Assembly: GCA_019639115.1 (NCBI GenBank)
Contig: JAHBSM010000002.1
Span: 301,425-365,424 of the forward strand
Length of the DNA: 64,000 nt
DNA from: Acidobacteriota bacterium
Lineage (GTDB): Bacteria; Acidobacteriota; Blastocatellia; Pyrinomonadales; Pyrinomonadaceae
Reading direction: 5' to 3'
This document shows, one piece after another, positions 1-9,961 of this stretch. Positions within the stretch are counted from its first letter, which is position 1; each line of letters opens with the position of its first letter. The notes beneath the pieces were generated by a model that was given only the letters and a program-made list of their open reading frames with translations, did not search any database and had not been told where the DNA came from. Made by a program: the position numbers and the translations under genes.

Positions 1-121
1 TACTTGCATCTCCGGTAAAGATCGGGCCTTGTGCAGAAGTCAGTTGGGTGAAAAGCAACATTAATCCGAGCGGCGCCAGTGCAGGCACATGGCTTTTAAT
101 AAGTGTCAGTAGTTTTTTCAT
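1..121 (-). CDS. N-terminal fragment of an exported protein (runs off the left edge)
   Basis: Reverse-strand ATG at 121-119 is preceded by GAGGA about 7 nt upstream. Translation MKKLLTLIKSHVPALAPLGLMLLFTQLTSAQGP... looks like a signal peptide and stays open to position 1. Absent from the ORF track because it is under 60 aa. Confidence 0.4.
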   Translation of the reverse strand, partial: MKKLLTLIKSHVPALAPLGLMLLFTQLTSAQGPIFTGDAS

Positions 122-260
122 AGTCATCCTCGCTTTTTAAGTTTTCATTGACGAACCCGGAAAAAGGCAACGGATACATCAATACTTTCACTCGCTCTGC
201 AAGGTTCGTGCCGTTCGTTGATCGGCATCGGTGGCACATCGGTTGCGAAGGGCGGGTGAT

Positions 261-1040
261 ATGAAAAAACGAATCACACACCCGATCACATTGTTCTTGC
301 TACTTTTTGCTGGTTTCCCTTTAGATTCTAGAGCGCAGGAAAAACAACTGGTTTCTCGAACTTCACTCGGAAGAATGGATGTACTTTCACGTGCCAGATT
401 GTTCGAGGCGACGATAGATAAAGCCGCAAAAAGTGAAGGTGTCGACCCGCTCATCCTATGGACTATTGCCTATAACGAAACGCGGTTCCGGCCATGGCTG
501 ACCAGTCCAAAGAACGCTCAGGGATTGATGCAGTTCATGCCCGCGACTGCTGCCAGGTTTGGGTTAACTGACCCGTATGAGCCGACCTCATCGCTGTATG
601 CGGCGGCGAAGTATGTGAAGTATCTGGGACGCCTATTTGATTGGAGACTTGAGTCTGTTTTAGCCGCCTATAACGCCGGCGAAGGCACCGTTTCTGCGTA
701 TCTTTATGGAAGAAATCTAATGGCGAACGGACGATTAATCAATGCCTCGCAACGGAGGACGGTCAACGGTGTCCCGCCGTATAAGGAAACTCTGGGCTAT
801 GTTTCGCAAGGCGTGCAGGTATATCGCTGGCTCAAGCAGCAAGGCAGATTCGGCACGCCTCCAATTCAATTCGCCGCCGAGAGATATCCCAGGAGTGAAA
901 GGGAGATAAAGGCAACGGAGGTTCAGGAAAGCAAAGCAATTTTGGTTTTTTACGATCCGCGAACCGGTAGACGGAGCCTGATCTCTGGTGAAACTTCAGA
1001 CGAGCCGAAACAACTCAGTTTCGGCCCCGTTATTATCTGA
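261..1040 (+). CDS. Lytic transglycosylase (SLT domain, VirB1-like)
   Basis: ORF 231-1040; preferred start is ATG 261, giving MKKRITHPITLFLLLFAGFPL (signal peptide). SLT motifs: AYNETRF (catalytic Glu context), GLMQFMPATAARFG, AAYNAGEGTV. Confidence 0.8.
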   Translation: MKKRITHPITLFLLLFAGFPLDSRAQEKQLVSRTSLGRMDVLSRARLFEATIDKAAKSEGVDPLILWTIAYNETRFRPWLTSPKNAQGLMQFMPATAARFGLTDPYEPTSSLYAAAKYVKYLGRLFDWRLESVLAAYNAGEGTVSAYLYGRNLMANGRLINASQRRTVNGVPPYKETLGYVSQGVQVYRWLKQQGRFGTPPIQFAAERYPRSEREIKATEVQESKAILVFYDPRTGRRSLISGETSDEPKQLSFGPVII

Positions 1041-1273
1041 CAAAACATTCCAGCAAATTCAACTCGGCGAGCTCGCTCAACCTTTGCCGGAGAAATTGTT
1101 TTATCAACCCACGATCGATAGTCGGCGAATTTTCGAGTCAACTGCGGACGACTTTCGCACCGTTCGGCAAATTTTTCTGCCGATGTGGAGTTAGAAGCAG
1201 ACTCTCGACCCGAGAGTGGCTATTTCGCGTCTGGCACTGCGTTTGCCATTAGCCCTTCCGAGACCGAAATCTT

Positions 1274-2068
1274 ATGAAACCAAATGAAACAAAAATCGAA
1301 CCGCCTGATTCAGGGAACATAGTGAACGGGTCGCCAACTTACCTTACTCGCGACCCGGATGACATCGTCACGATCGCATCGCTATTGAAGATCCTCGGCG
1401 TGTTGCTGTTTGCCCTCGTTCTGAGCGGCTGCGTAAACATGTTCCTGATCTTTAGAAAGGCAGACCGGATTGTGGTCGATAAATCGAGCGGACGAGTTGT
1501 CGAACTAAACAACCGTGATTACGGTTCGACCGAAACCGTCAGCATCACGCCGGACGTTCCTACATCAACTGACAAGAAGTATCTGGTCAAGGAATTTCTA
1601 ACCGCTCTTTACGAAGTCGAGCAAACGACGCGTGAGACGCAAGTAAACAAACTGCTCCGAATGCTCGACCCTGATCTTTCGATGGCGATGGCCAATCGAT
1701 TAAAGCAGAACGGCGTTCTCGCTGCCGAGAAGACAGAAAGCGTGAATTCGTCATGGGAACTACAGGACTTATCCGTAGATGAAAGCGACCCCTACATTCT
1801 GCGAGCGATCGGCACACGCAAGATAAGGCGCAAAGCCTCAGGCCAGGATGTGGAAGAGTCCGTTCAGCTCAAATGTAAATTTCTGTTGAAGGACAGCCCT
1901 TCGACCCCAATCCGTAATGACAACAACCTGAGAACCGGTTTCACCATTCTTCGGTTTCGCGTCGAACCCGTAAACGGCAAGACCATCTCGCCTTTATCGC
2001 TCATCGGCGATGCGGAGGAAACGTCATCAGCAATTCAACCCGGCAGTGAAACAACTGGCGGTAAGTAG
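1274..2068 (+). CDS. VirB8/TrbF-like bitopic membrane protein (tentative)
   Basis: 264 aa with a short N-terminus, one TM helix (ILGVLLFALVLSGCVNMFLIF) and a ~190-aa periplasmic domain ending in a TGFTILRFRVEP-type strand, resembling NTF2-like VirB8. Sits between the VirB1-like and VirB9-like genes. Confidence 0.45.
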   Translation: MKPNETKIEPPDSGNIVNGSPTYLTRDPDDIVTIASLLKILGVLLFALVLSGCVNMFLIFRKADRIVVDKSSGRVVELNNRDYGSTETVSITPDVPTSTDKKYLVKEFLTALYEVEQTTRETQVNKLLRMLDPDLSMAMANRLKQNGVLAAEKTESVNSSWELQDLSVDESDPYILRAIGTRKIRRKASGQDVEESVQLKCKFLLKDSPSTPIRNDNNLRTGFTILRFRVEPVNGKTISPLSLIGDAEETSSAIQPGSETTGGK

Positions 2069-2088
2069 CAAGGAACATCATCTGAATT

Positions 2089-3366
2089 ATGAAAACTTTA
2101 AGCATTTCAAATCTGGGAAAATACACCACGAGGATATTAGGAATCTCTCTCGTCGTCCTGTCGGCATTTGTTGTCAATGTTTATCCGCAGAGCCGGAAGC
2201 CTGTTCACAAACCTAAGGTAAAGAATGTCGTTCGTCCGGTCTTGACCGAGACTAATCAGACCTCAAATGAAAAGGTCGTAAACATTTCCGCAGTCGCCAA
2301 AGAAATACAGCCCGTCGCGGTAATTAACGCTCCGCTCCCTGATTTCCTGTCGGGAGAAGCAAATGTAACGGTCAACCCGAAGCAGCCTACTGTTGTGCGT
2401 CTGGGACTGGCTCAAAACGCAGTTTCTATTGTCGAGTTTCCCGCATCGGACGGAATCTATTACATCCATGAGGGAAACCCCAAGCTTGCGTCAGTGTTTC
2501 AGTCTCCGACAAAAGAAACCGATCGATCGATAACCATTTATCCGGGAGAAGGATTCGTCCCTTCAAAAGACGGGGCGACCTCTGCCGCGATCAGCCTGCA
2601 GATGAGGTCCGGTCTGGTTTTGATTCTCGAACTAGTACCGGTCAGCGACCTTAAGAAAAATGCTCACAGATGCGTTATCTCATATGACCGCGAAGCAGTT
2701 GTCTCGGCGCGGAAGGTTGCAGGACTCGCGTTTGACCTTGGCGGTGACATCAAGAATTCTCCTCCGATCAACTCACGCGCACTATCCAAACTGATCGGTT
2801 CAACGCGGCCCGCCGAAGAGAAGATATCTGATTCTCCAATGTCGGAGTTGAACTCAATCTCAAACGCTGTTTTCGCCGAAATACCCGAATCGAAACGGGC
2901 AGGGTCGAAGCGAGCAATTACCGATGCTGAGATATCGAAGGCTGCAAACAAGCGGTTGGCTGACGTTCTTCGAGATCAAAAGAAGCACCTCTCCGCGTGG
3001 TCCTCACCTCTTCACGGTCTGGAACTATCACTGACCCGCGTCACCGATCTTGATTCCGAAAACCGTATTGTTGTTATTGCGATTCGCAGTTCTGCATCAA
3101 CAAATCTAAGGCTCGTTCGAGGTTCACCTGAACTTCAGATCCAGACACTCGACAAGGACGGCAACAGCCTACTTACCACCAAACTCGATATCCGCTATTT
3201 GGAGACGACCGCGTTTGAGGGCCTTGTCCAACCAGGCTCTACTACGTTCTATGCTCTTGTCTACAAATCTCCGCTCCTTGGGGTTAATCAGAAGATTCGA
3301 GTCGCCGTTGCTCAAACCGAAGCTATCGACGCCCCAATCTCGGCAACTCTTAACGGATCGAAATAA
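2089..3366 (+). CDS. VirB9/TrbG-like secretion-channel protein (tentative)
   Basis: 425 aa with a signal/TM at the N-terminus. The segment PTVVRLGLAQNAVSIVEFPASDGIYYIHEGNPKLASVF...SITIYPGEG resembles the VirB9 N-terminal domain pattern. Gene order is B8-B9-B10. Confidence 0.45.
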   Translation: MKTLSISNLGKYTTRILGISLVVLSAFVVNVYPQSRKPVHKPKVKNVVRPVLTETNQTSNEKVVNISAVAKEIQPVAVINAPLPDFLSGEANVTVNPKQPTVVRLGLAQNAVSIVEFPASDGIYYIHEGNPKLASVFQSPTKETDRSITIYPGEGFVPSKDGATSAAISLQMRSGLVLILELVPVSDLKKNAHRCVISYDREAVVSARKVAGLAFDLGGDIKNSPPINSRALSKLIGSTRPAEEKISDSPMSELNSISNAVFAEIPESKRAGSKRAITDAEISKAANKRLADVLRDQKKHLSAWSSPLHGLELSLTRVTDLDSENRIVVIAIRSSASTNLRLVRGSPELQIQTLDKDGNSLLTTKLDIRYLETTAFEGLVQPGSTTFYALVYKSPLLGVNQKIRVAVAQTEAIDAPISATLNGSK

Positions 3367-3378
3367 AGGAGACACGCA

Positions 3379-4716
3379 ATGCAAACTACGTTAACTACGA
3401 ATTCCGATATTCCGACTGCCTTACCGGACATCGAGGCAGATGAAGAACGCGAGAAAATGTTAGTGGACGATCAGAATGAACTTTCGAAGAATGAAGTTGA
3501 TGATGATGAATTGGATCTTGAAACCGGATCGGAACGAAAAACTTCCCGAACGGCGAAGGTACTAAAAACCGCTGCCGCGTTCACAGTATTCTTGTTACTG
3601 ATGGGTACAGGGATCACCTGGTTCTTCGGTATGGGTTGGTTCGCTACGCCGAATCCCCAGGCCGTCAATCGAACGAGCCAAAAGGATTCATCCCCGGCTC
3701 CAATGACCGAGGATGAGAAACTCAAGGCCGCCCTCACAATGGTAGCGTCAAAAGAGCCAATACCAAGCAAGGACTCTGTGGTTGGGCAATCCAATGAACC
3801 GATATCAGTCGACAAACCCGCTTCTGTTAACACCGAGTCAAACGATATCTCTTCGATGTCAGCATCGCGAACGAGAACTGAGCCTTCCTTCAATCTTGGC
3901 ACTGATATCTCCTCCCGGGACGCTCTCAAACGAGAGGATCAGCCCACCAACCTGGAGACGAAGAAAAATTCTCCACAAGGTAACGACACTCCACTGTCAA
4001 AATCTGTATCGTCAACCGAACCCTTAGGACGCTCGCTGTTCTTTGGAGTAACAAGGGTCAGAGATGAGCAATTTCGCAATAATAATAGTGCAGCGACTAC
4101 AGCGACAACCTCGGACACACCAAAACCAAAAGTAAGTGGCTCACTGCCCTTTGGCTCACTGCTTACGGTCCGCCTTATTGGAGCGATCTACACGCTTAGA
4201 AATTCAGGAGGGGTCGTCCGTTTGGAATTGACACAACCGGTTGTAGGAAAAGGTTATTCCTATCCGGCAGGCACGATTTTAATTGGTAATCTACGGGGCG
4301 GTGAATCCGTAAGAGCGTTCGTCAACATTATCGGCCTGATCGATCCGGTTTCTGGTGAAATGGTGAAGTTCACCGGCGAACTATTGGGAACTGACGGTGC
4401 CTCAGGGATTCCCGGAAACAGGAAAAGAGTCACCGGAAAATGGACCCGATTCTTTCGAGGCATAAAAGATACTGCCGGCTCGATATTGGGATCGGTCGGT
4501 TCGTTCGGTTCAGGGGGAACAGTAGTAATATCTGAGCCACTGCGTAGAGGATCCGAAAAACTGTCTGAGGACACCAGTCAGTCACTATTTGGAAACGAAC
4601 CCGAGGACACATTCCTAGAGGTCTTAGCCGGAACCACCGGATATGTACTTGTGACGCAACTACCCGAACCGAACACTTCAATTGCCAACACAGAAACGGG
4701 AGCAAAAAAGGAATGA
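3379..4716 (+). CDS. VirB10/TrbI-like protein
   Basis: 445 aa: acidic N-terminus, one TM (AAAFTVFLLLMGTGITWFFG), a long Ser/Thr/Pro-rich linker, and a C-terminal block GSLLTVRLIGAIYT...VVRLELTQPV...YPAGTILIGNL typical of the TrbI/VirB10 barrel domain. Confidence 0.5.
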   Translation: MQTTLTTNSDIPTALPDIEADEEREKMLVDDQNELSKNEVDDDELDLETGSERKTSRTAKVLKTAAAFTVFLLLMGTGITWFFGMGWFATPNPQAVNRTSQKDSSPAPMTEDEKLKAALTMVASKEPIPSKDSVVGQSNEPISVDKPASVNTESNDISSMSASRTRTEPSFNLGTDISSRDALKREDQPTNLETKKNSPQGNDTPLSKSVSSTEPLGRSLFFGVTRVRDEQFRNNNSAATTATTSDTPKPKVSGSLPFGSLLTVRLIGAIYTLRNSGGVVRLELTQPVVGKGYSYPAGTILIGNLRGGESVRAFVNIIGLIDPVSGEMVKFTGELLGTDGASGIPGNRKRVTGKWTRFFRGIKDTAGSILGSVGSFGSGGTVVISEPLRRGSEKLSEDTSQSLFGNEPEDTFLEVLAGTTGYVLVTQLPEPNTSIANTETGAKKE

Positions 4717-5801
4717 TTCCGTTTGACGCATCCCGTCCACAGATCAACCCTCGCGAACTTGTTTCAGACGGAAAGCATGGTGAGCTTTTCCAACTGATGG
4801 CTGGACACGGATACGTGCCCGACGAGCAAGTATTCGAAGACTTCTGTGAAAGTCTTAAGTCGGGACGGGCATGGCTTATTTCCGGCACTCGCGGCAGCGG
4901 GAAGACTGCATTTCCCGAAGCGTTAGCCGCCGCCTGTAATCTTTCAATGTGCGTTGTCGCCGGACGGGATGGGTTAAAACAGGAAGAGATCCTCTATGAC
5001 TGGGATAATGAAGAGCAAGCCGTGTGGATGAGAGAACACCTCGCACTCGCAAAGCGACTGCCACTTGAAGAGCAGGCCGAGTTTCTCGACAATGCCCGAC
5101 GCTTTAAGTGGCAGCGCCGATTTCTGATTCTTGGTGAAGTAGGAATGGCATACGACTTGGCGGCAAGCGCGGCGTCGAGCACTCCAATGAAACCTCCGCC
5201 GGTGTTGATCCTGGATGAAAGCGATAAGTTTGGGGCCAGCATTGAAGATTCACTTCTGATGCCGCTCGAACGTGGACTGATCTACATTCCGCGATTCGAA
5301 GGCGGAACGATAGGCGTATCCGACTGGAATTCGAGACCGATCGTGATCACGACCTCAAATGATCTGCGTCACAAACTCAGTTCGCCGTTCATTTCGAGAC
5401 ACGTTTACAGCCGGTTCGCGAGTCCTTCGCTGGAAAAGGAGCTTGAGATCTTATCGACTAGAAATAAACGCGCAACTTCAACCCACTTGGCTCTTACAAC
5501 CAAACTAATAGACGCCGTTCGCGGTATAGCGGGAATGGAAGATCATCCGAGTGTACGTGAGTCGATCGATATCGTTGCAGCTCTCGAACGCGACTTGGTT
5601 GAGTCTCTGAATTCGAAAGACTTAGTCCGATATTTTTGCTATTTCGTAAAGACCGGAGCATCCAGAGAACTGCTCACCCTTCAGCTCGATTATCTTTTGG
5701 CGATGACGCAAGCCTTCCACCCGGACATCGATTCTTGGCTAGGCTCGCGCGATGCCAGTTGGAAGATTAGATGGCCGCAGCTCGCCGACAATTCGCTATG
5801 A
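4713..5801 (+). CDS. AAA+ ATPase, MoxR/AAA_5-like
   Basis: Walker A GTRGSGKT, Walker B PPVLILDESDKF, then LLMPLERG and FISRH (sensor-like). ATGA start/stop overlaps with both neighbours (4713-4716, 5798-5801). Confidence 0.6.
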   Translation: MIPFDASRPQINPRELVSDGKHGELFQLMAGHGYVPDEQVFEDFCESLKSGRAWLISGTRGSGKTAFPEALAAACNLSMCVVAGRDGLKQEEILYDWDNEEQAVWMREHLALAKRLPLEEQAEFLDNARRFKWQRRFLILGEVGMAYDLAASAASSTPMKPPPVLILDESDKFGASIEDSLLMPLERGLIYIPRFEGGTIGVSDWNSRPIVITTSNDLRHKLSSPFISRHVYSRFASPSLEKELEILSTRNKRATSTHLALTTKLIDAVRGIAGMEDHPSVRESIDIVAALERDLVESLNSKDLVRYFCYFVKTGASRELLTLQLDYLLAMTQAFHPDIDSWLGSRDASWKIRWPQLADNSL

Positions 5802-6526
5802 ATAGAACAGAATCCAGATTGGGGCTTTTTTCGACGATAAAACAGTCGGTCGTTCGCACTCAATACGCTGGCCTACTGGTAGTCGTTTGCGTGGTCGGCA
5901 TCTACGGATTTGTCAGAATATTGATGCCGCAGAGCGAAACGGCCCAGGTTCGATTTGTAGAAACTCGTGGGCATGAATCTGAAAAAGAGTCTTCGCCGAC
6001 CGGATCGCAGACCGAAGACCCGTTCTCCGGCCCCGAGTATGATAATGCGGTAAGACTCAGAGAAACGTCGGCTTTGGGAATGGCGATCTCGTTGTCTGTG
6101 TTGTCGCTGAATACTCAAAACGGAAGACTCCCAGAGAATGTCGATCAAATAATTCGCCACGTTAATGCCGCCCGACTACTGCCGCCCGGGATTCAATCAA
6201 ATTCAGCAACTATTACTTCCGAGCGGAGCACGTTTCATATCGTATATCGGCGCGAACCCTTTTCATTTGAAGTACTGGCCGTACCAAAATCCGATCTAGG
6301 CTCACAATTACTTTTCAGATTTCCGCTACCTCAAAGCGAATCCAATACCGTTCTATATTTTGAAGCGCTCCGCGATAGACCCGTTCCGGCAGCTCTTTCA
6401 ACTGTTGAACAATTGAGTGCGTCAGGCTGGAGGATACGGCACTGGCGAGGTGATGTATCGTCCATTACTTCGGCGACATATGATTCGCTGAAAGAACAGA
6501 GTGATTATCTTCGTAACACACGGTAA
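5798..6526 (+). CDS. Hypothetical membrane-anchored protein
   Basis: ORF 5771-6526; preferred ATG 5798 forms an ATGA overlap with the upstream stop. N-terminal TM YAGLLVVVCVVGIYGFV. No recognisable motif. Confidence 0.4.
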   Translation: MNRTESRLGLFSTIKQSVVRTQYAGLLVVVCVVGIYGFVRILMPQSETAQVRFVETRGHESEKESSPTGSQTEDPFSGPEYDNAVRLRETSALGMAISLSVLSLNTQNGRLPENVDQIIRHVNAARLLPPGIQSNSATITSERSTFHIVYRREPFSFEVLAVPKSDLGSQLLFRFPLPQSESNTVLYFEALRDRPVPAALSTVEQLSASGWRIRHWRGDVSSITSATYDSLKEQSDYLRNTR

Positions 6527-6537
6527 CTGATCAAGCT

Positions 6538-8556
6538 ATGTTTTCGCGTGAATGGATTGAGAAATTCGACGCTTCCTACGGTATTCCAAGGAAAGCAAAT
6601 GAGCAGTATCTGCCATCGTATCAAGCGTTTTGGCAGTGGTCGGCTGACATTGGCATGTGTGTATTCTTCTTTGCTTTGGGATTACTAGGTTCAATAGTCT
6701 GTTTGTTTGCGGGATATCTTTTAGACGTTTATGGTCTGATAACTTTGGTCTTTTGGGCGATGGCTCTGATCTGTATTGCGGGCTCGCTTGTAGATTCCTA
6801 TTCACTAATGTGGGCGTACCGCGTTCGACGAATGAGGACCGCCCATGGCTCAGCTCGGTGGGCGAAGGCAACTGATCTGATTCGCTGCGGTCTGATGAAT
6901 CGGATCAGAGGATTGCCACTACCTGCAAATGCGCTTCCGCTCGCCAAAGCATTTTGGGGTCGCGATGTATTTCTTCCCGCAAGTCAGTGGCTTCGCCACT
7001 TTGTTATGTTCGGCCCGACCGGTTCCGGTAAATCAAAGACTTTTTTCATGTCCATGATCCGGGCGATCCTCAACAAGTCGTCATGTCTGGTTTACGATCC
7101 AAAAGGCGAGCTTTTCGCCCCGACGGCCGGCTCCGCCAAAACAATTTACCGTTTAGACCTTAACGATCCGACAAAAAGTGATCGGTGGAATTTCATTCCG
7201 AAATGCAAAAGTGATCCGGCGTTTGCGTGTCAGATTGCCGGGATGATGCTCGGTATAGAAGGCCGACGCCGGACGAATGCGGACCCTTTCTGGGGTGATG
7301 CCGAACAGATAGCTTTGACGGCAATTTTGCTTCACATCGCGGAAGTTTACCGTGAGAAAGCTATCCCAGCTTTCGCGGCCGACTTTCTACTCTTCCTGAG
7401 CGGTGACGGTGATCAGGCCTTCAACGATGCGATGATGAATTCGCCAAGCCTCTACGCGAAACAAGCGTATTTGGCTTTTCGCCAGGCACCGGTTCAGACT
7501 CGCGGATCCATTTTGATAGGTTTGTACAACAAGCTTCGGCCATTCACACTTGCACCTGCTCGGATGGTGATGACGCCGCCAACCAAAGACGAAACGGTAC
7601 TTGGTTGCCGCTCGATAAACTTTGCAGACCTTCGCAAACCCGGTACAGCAATTTACCTTGTCGTGTCGGAGGGTGCCGCTGACGTCTATAAAGAGTTTAT
7701 CGCTACCTTCATCGGACAGGCCGTTATGGAAATGAGGCTCGATGGTGTAAATGAACCGGAGCACCCGTGCTTCGTTCTCATAGACGAGGCTTACCAGTTG
7801 AATGTATCGGAGGTTAAGAGAATATCAGGTATCGGGCGTGGACGCGGTGTTGGACTCGGTCTTGGATACCAGGACCTACCGCAAATGTACGACCAATACG
7901 GTCGTGAGCAGGCGAATGCGATACTCGGCACCATAATGACCAAGATCTTTCTGCCTGGCCTTGACGATGTGACTGCCGAGTACGCTTCAAAGCAGCTGGG
8001 CGAAACGACGATCTTTTCAAAAACATTTCAGGACTTTCCGGGAAAGAAACAAGACAACACCAGATACGCGGAGCAAAAGCGTGCCCTCATGCTGCCGAAT
8101 GAGATTCGACAAACAGCAGCTCATTCCGAAGTGTTGATTATCAGCGACACCGCCCCGCCAATCCGCGCTGCATACCCGCCTTTTGCGGTTCATAAAAACA
8201 CTTATTCCGCCGCGACCAAAGGCACACCCCGCGAAATCCACCTTGGAGATATTGATCCTCAATTCTCATTTACGGACTCTGGCCATGTTAATCAGGCTAC
8301 CGAACATGACAAGGCAGCTCTCAAAGAAGTTATCTCATCTGAGGTCGATCGAATCTGTTCGAACGAACGTCTTTCAGAACTGGCTTTTCCATCTGGAAAA
8401 GAGTCAACACTTGACTCGCTGGAACATCAAAAAGACGGTGAATCGGCGAAAAAGGATCCAGTTTACAACGCTCTCAACAACCTTCCTGTCGAGGTAGGAT
8501 ACTTTTCTGCCCAAGGCAATAGAGGTTCTTTGGTGATTGAACACGCATCTATCTAA
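6538..8556 (+). CDS. Type IV secretion coupling protein (VirD4/TraG/TraD family)
   Basis: 672 aa with N-terminal TM helices, Walker A FGPTGSGKSKTF and Walker B CFVLIDEAYQL. Size and architecture fit a T4CP. Confidence 0.8.
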   Translation: MFSREWIEKFDASYGIPRKANEQYLPSYQAFWQWSADIGMCVFFFALGLLGSIVCLFAGYLLDVYGLITLVFWAMALICIAGSLVDSYSLMWAYRVRRMRTAHGSARWAKATDLIRCGLMNRIRGLPLPANALPLAKAFWGRDVFLPASQWLRHFVMFGPTGSGKSKTFFMSMIRAILNKSSCLVYDPKGELFAPTAGSAKTIYRLDLNDPTKSDRWNFIPKCKSDPAFACQIAGMMLGIEGRRRTNADPFWGDAEQIALTAILLHIAEVYREKAIPAFAADFLLFLSGDGDQAFNDAMMNSPSLYAKQAYLAFRQAPVQTRGSILIGLYNKLRPFTLAPARMVMTPPTKDETVLGCRSINFADLRKPGTAIYLVVSEGAADVYKEFIATFIGQAVMEMRLDGVNEPEHPCFVLIDEAYQLNVSEVKRISGIGRGRGVGLGLGYQDLPQMYDQYGREQANAILGTIMTKIFLPGLDDVTAEYASKQLGETTIFSKTFQDFPGKKQDNTRYAEQKRALMLPNEIRQTAAHSEVLIISDTAPPIRAAYPPFAVHKNTYSAATKGTPREIHLGDIDPQFSFTDSGHVNQATEHDKAALKEVISSEVDRICSNERLSELAFPSGKESTLDSLEHQKDGESAKKDPVYNALNNLPVEVGYFSAQGNRGSLVIEHASI

Positions 8557-8561
8557 AACGC

Positions 8562-9086
8562 ATGCTAAATAGACTCAAGATCTCGCTCATCCTAGCCCCG
8601 CTGGCCTTAACAATTTTGATCGGCGTCTATGTCTACTCCCTTTGGTCGCAGGAACGAAAGCGAAGCTCGGAAATCCCCGTTGACGCAACCGCATCGATGA
8701 ACAGAGATCTGGTCAAGTTCCACCAAAAACGCGGATCGTTCCCCGCAATGCTGAAAGATTTAGAAGGCGTCGTCTGGGAAAAGAAGGATCGAAATTACGT
8801 TTCGGACGGACATTCAATGATTCACAGAAACTACTTCTATCTTTACTCAAGAGTTGACCAAAATCGGTTCACTCTCTGGGCCATCCCAATCGGCAAAGAG
8901 CGTGAGGAGGCATCAACTTTATTCTTAGTAGGAACGCCAATGAAGAAAAGAACATGGAAAGGAGCCGCTCTCACTGTAGAAGATGTCGGCAAACTACCCC
9001 GGTTGTTACCGGTCGAACAGGATCTGGCTCTTAGAGGAATGGTTGAGCAGGTAGATCACAAAGCAGTGTACTCGAATTCGAAGTAA
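8562..9086 (+). CDS. Hypothetical membrane-anchored protein
   Basis: 174 aa with N-terminal TM ISLILAPLALTILIGVYVYSLW; starts 6 nt after the T4CP stop. No motif recognised. Confidence 0.4.
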   Translation: MLNRLKISLILAPLALTILIGVYVYSLWSQERKRSSEIPVDATASMNRDLVKFHQKRGSFPAMLKDLEGVVWEKKDRNYVSDGHSMIHRNYFYLYSRVDQNRFTLWAIPIGKEREEASTLFLVGTPMKKRTWKGAALTVEDVGKLPRLLPVEQDLALRGMVEQVDHKAVYSNSK

Positions 9087-9101
9087 AGTATTTCTTTGCG
9101 A

Positions 9102-9124
9102 AAAGTACCGCAAAGTGGTACTTT
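9102..9124. promoter_or_regulatory. Perfect 8-bp inverted repeat AAAGTACC-N7-GGTACTTT just upstream of abiEi (candidate operator, alternatively a weak terminator)
   Basis: Read directly: aaagtacc gcaaagt ggtacttt at 9102-9124, between the stop at 9086 and the abiEi start (GTG 9125 or ATG 9143). Confidence 0.4.
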
Positions 9125-9961
9125 GTGCAAAGGATTACTTTCATGAGAGCACAAAGTTCGCAACTTAGAGTCGAAGAATGGGTAGATAAGGAAATTGCTT
9201 TCGGCCGGAGCGCTTTCTCTCTGGATCGAGTTGAGAGTGAGCTGCCGCAGTATTCTGAAACCGCGATCAAACGTTCTCTGAACCGATTATCGCGAAAGGG
9301 CACAATAATTTCAGCCCACAAGGGCTATTACGTTATTGTCACGCCTCAATACTCTTCACGCGGGATTCTTCCTCCGGCACTATTTATTGACGGACTAATG
9401 CGTTTCTTGGAGCGTTCATATTACGTTGGGCTTTTAAACGCTGCTGCATTTTACGGCGCGGCACACCAGGTGCCTCAAGAGTTCTTTGTTTTTACGAGTT
9501 TACCGCCCTTGAGGCCGACCGTGAAGAAGGGGATAAAGGTAAATTACATAACCAGAAAGGAGATCCCAGATGACCTTCTCGAAGACCGAAAGACCGAAAC
9601 CGGAACTGTTAAAATTTCCTCGCCGGAACTTACCGCCGCCGATTTGGTGCAGCACCATAAAAGAGTCGGCGGTTTGAACCGAGTAGTTGAAGTGCTCTCA
9701 GAGCTGACCGATGCTATCCGCGTCGAGAAACTTAACAAAGAGATTATTCAGTTCGTTCCAACTGCCGTAATTCAACGGCTCGGTTATCTGCTTGAAACAG
9801 CAACAGGTGCAGAGTCCCTTGCCGACGAGTTGTATAAAGCCGCGGCGTTAAACGTCGAAAGGTTCTTTCCTGTGCCATTAAGCACAACAAAAGGGAAACG
9901 TGGATTTCCGGTTGAAACGAGATGGAATGTAGTTGTAAATGAAACGATAGATACCGAATAG
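9125..9961 (+). CDS. abiEi: AbiEi-family antitoxin / transcriptional regulator (type IV TA)
   Basis: 278 aa. N-terminal wHTH-like region (AIKRSLNRLSRKGTIISAHKGYYVIV) and the typical block YYVGLLNAAAFYGAAHQVPQEFFVFT. Its stop overlaps the abiEii GTG start by 1 nt. Alternative start ATG 9143. Confidence 0.7.
   Translation: MQRITFMRAQSSQLRVEEWVDKEIAFGRSAFSLDRVESELPQYSETAIKRSLNRLSRKGTIISAHKGYYVIVTPQYSSRGILPPALFIDGLMRFLERSYYVGLLNAAAFYGAAHQVPQEFFVFTSLPPLRPTVKKGIKVNYITRKEIPDDLLEDRKTETGTVKISSPELTAADLVQHHKRVGGLNRVVEVLSELTDAIRVEKLNKEIIQFVPTAVIQRLGYLLETATGAESLADELYKAAALNVERFFPVPLSTTKGKRGFPVETRWNVVVNETIDTE

Noticed and set aside
3471-4888. Two 152-aa minus-strand ORFs (3471-3929, 4430-4888) antisense to the VirB10-like and AAA+ genes
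   Set aside because: No motifs or start signals. They are embedded in a tightly coupled plus-strand operon.
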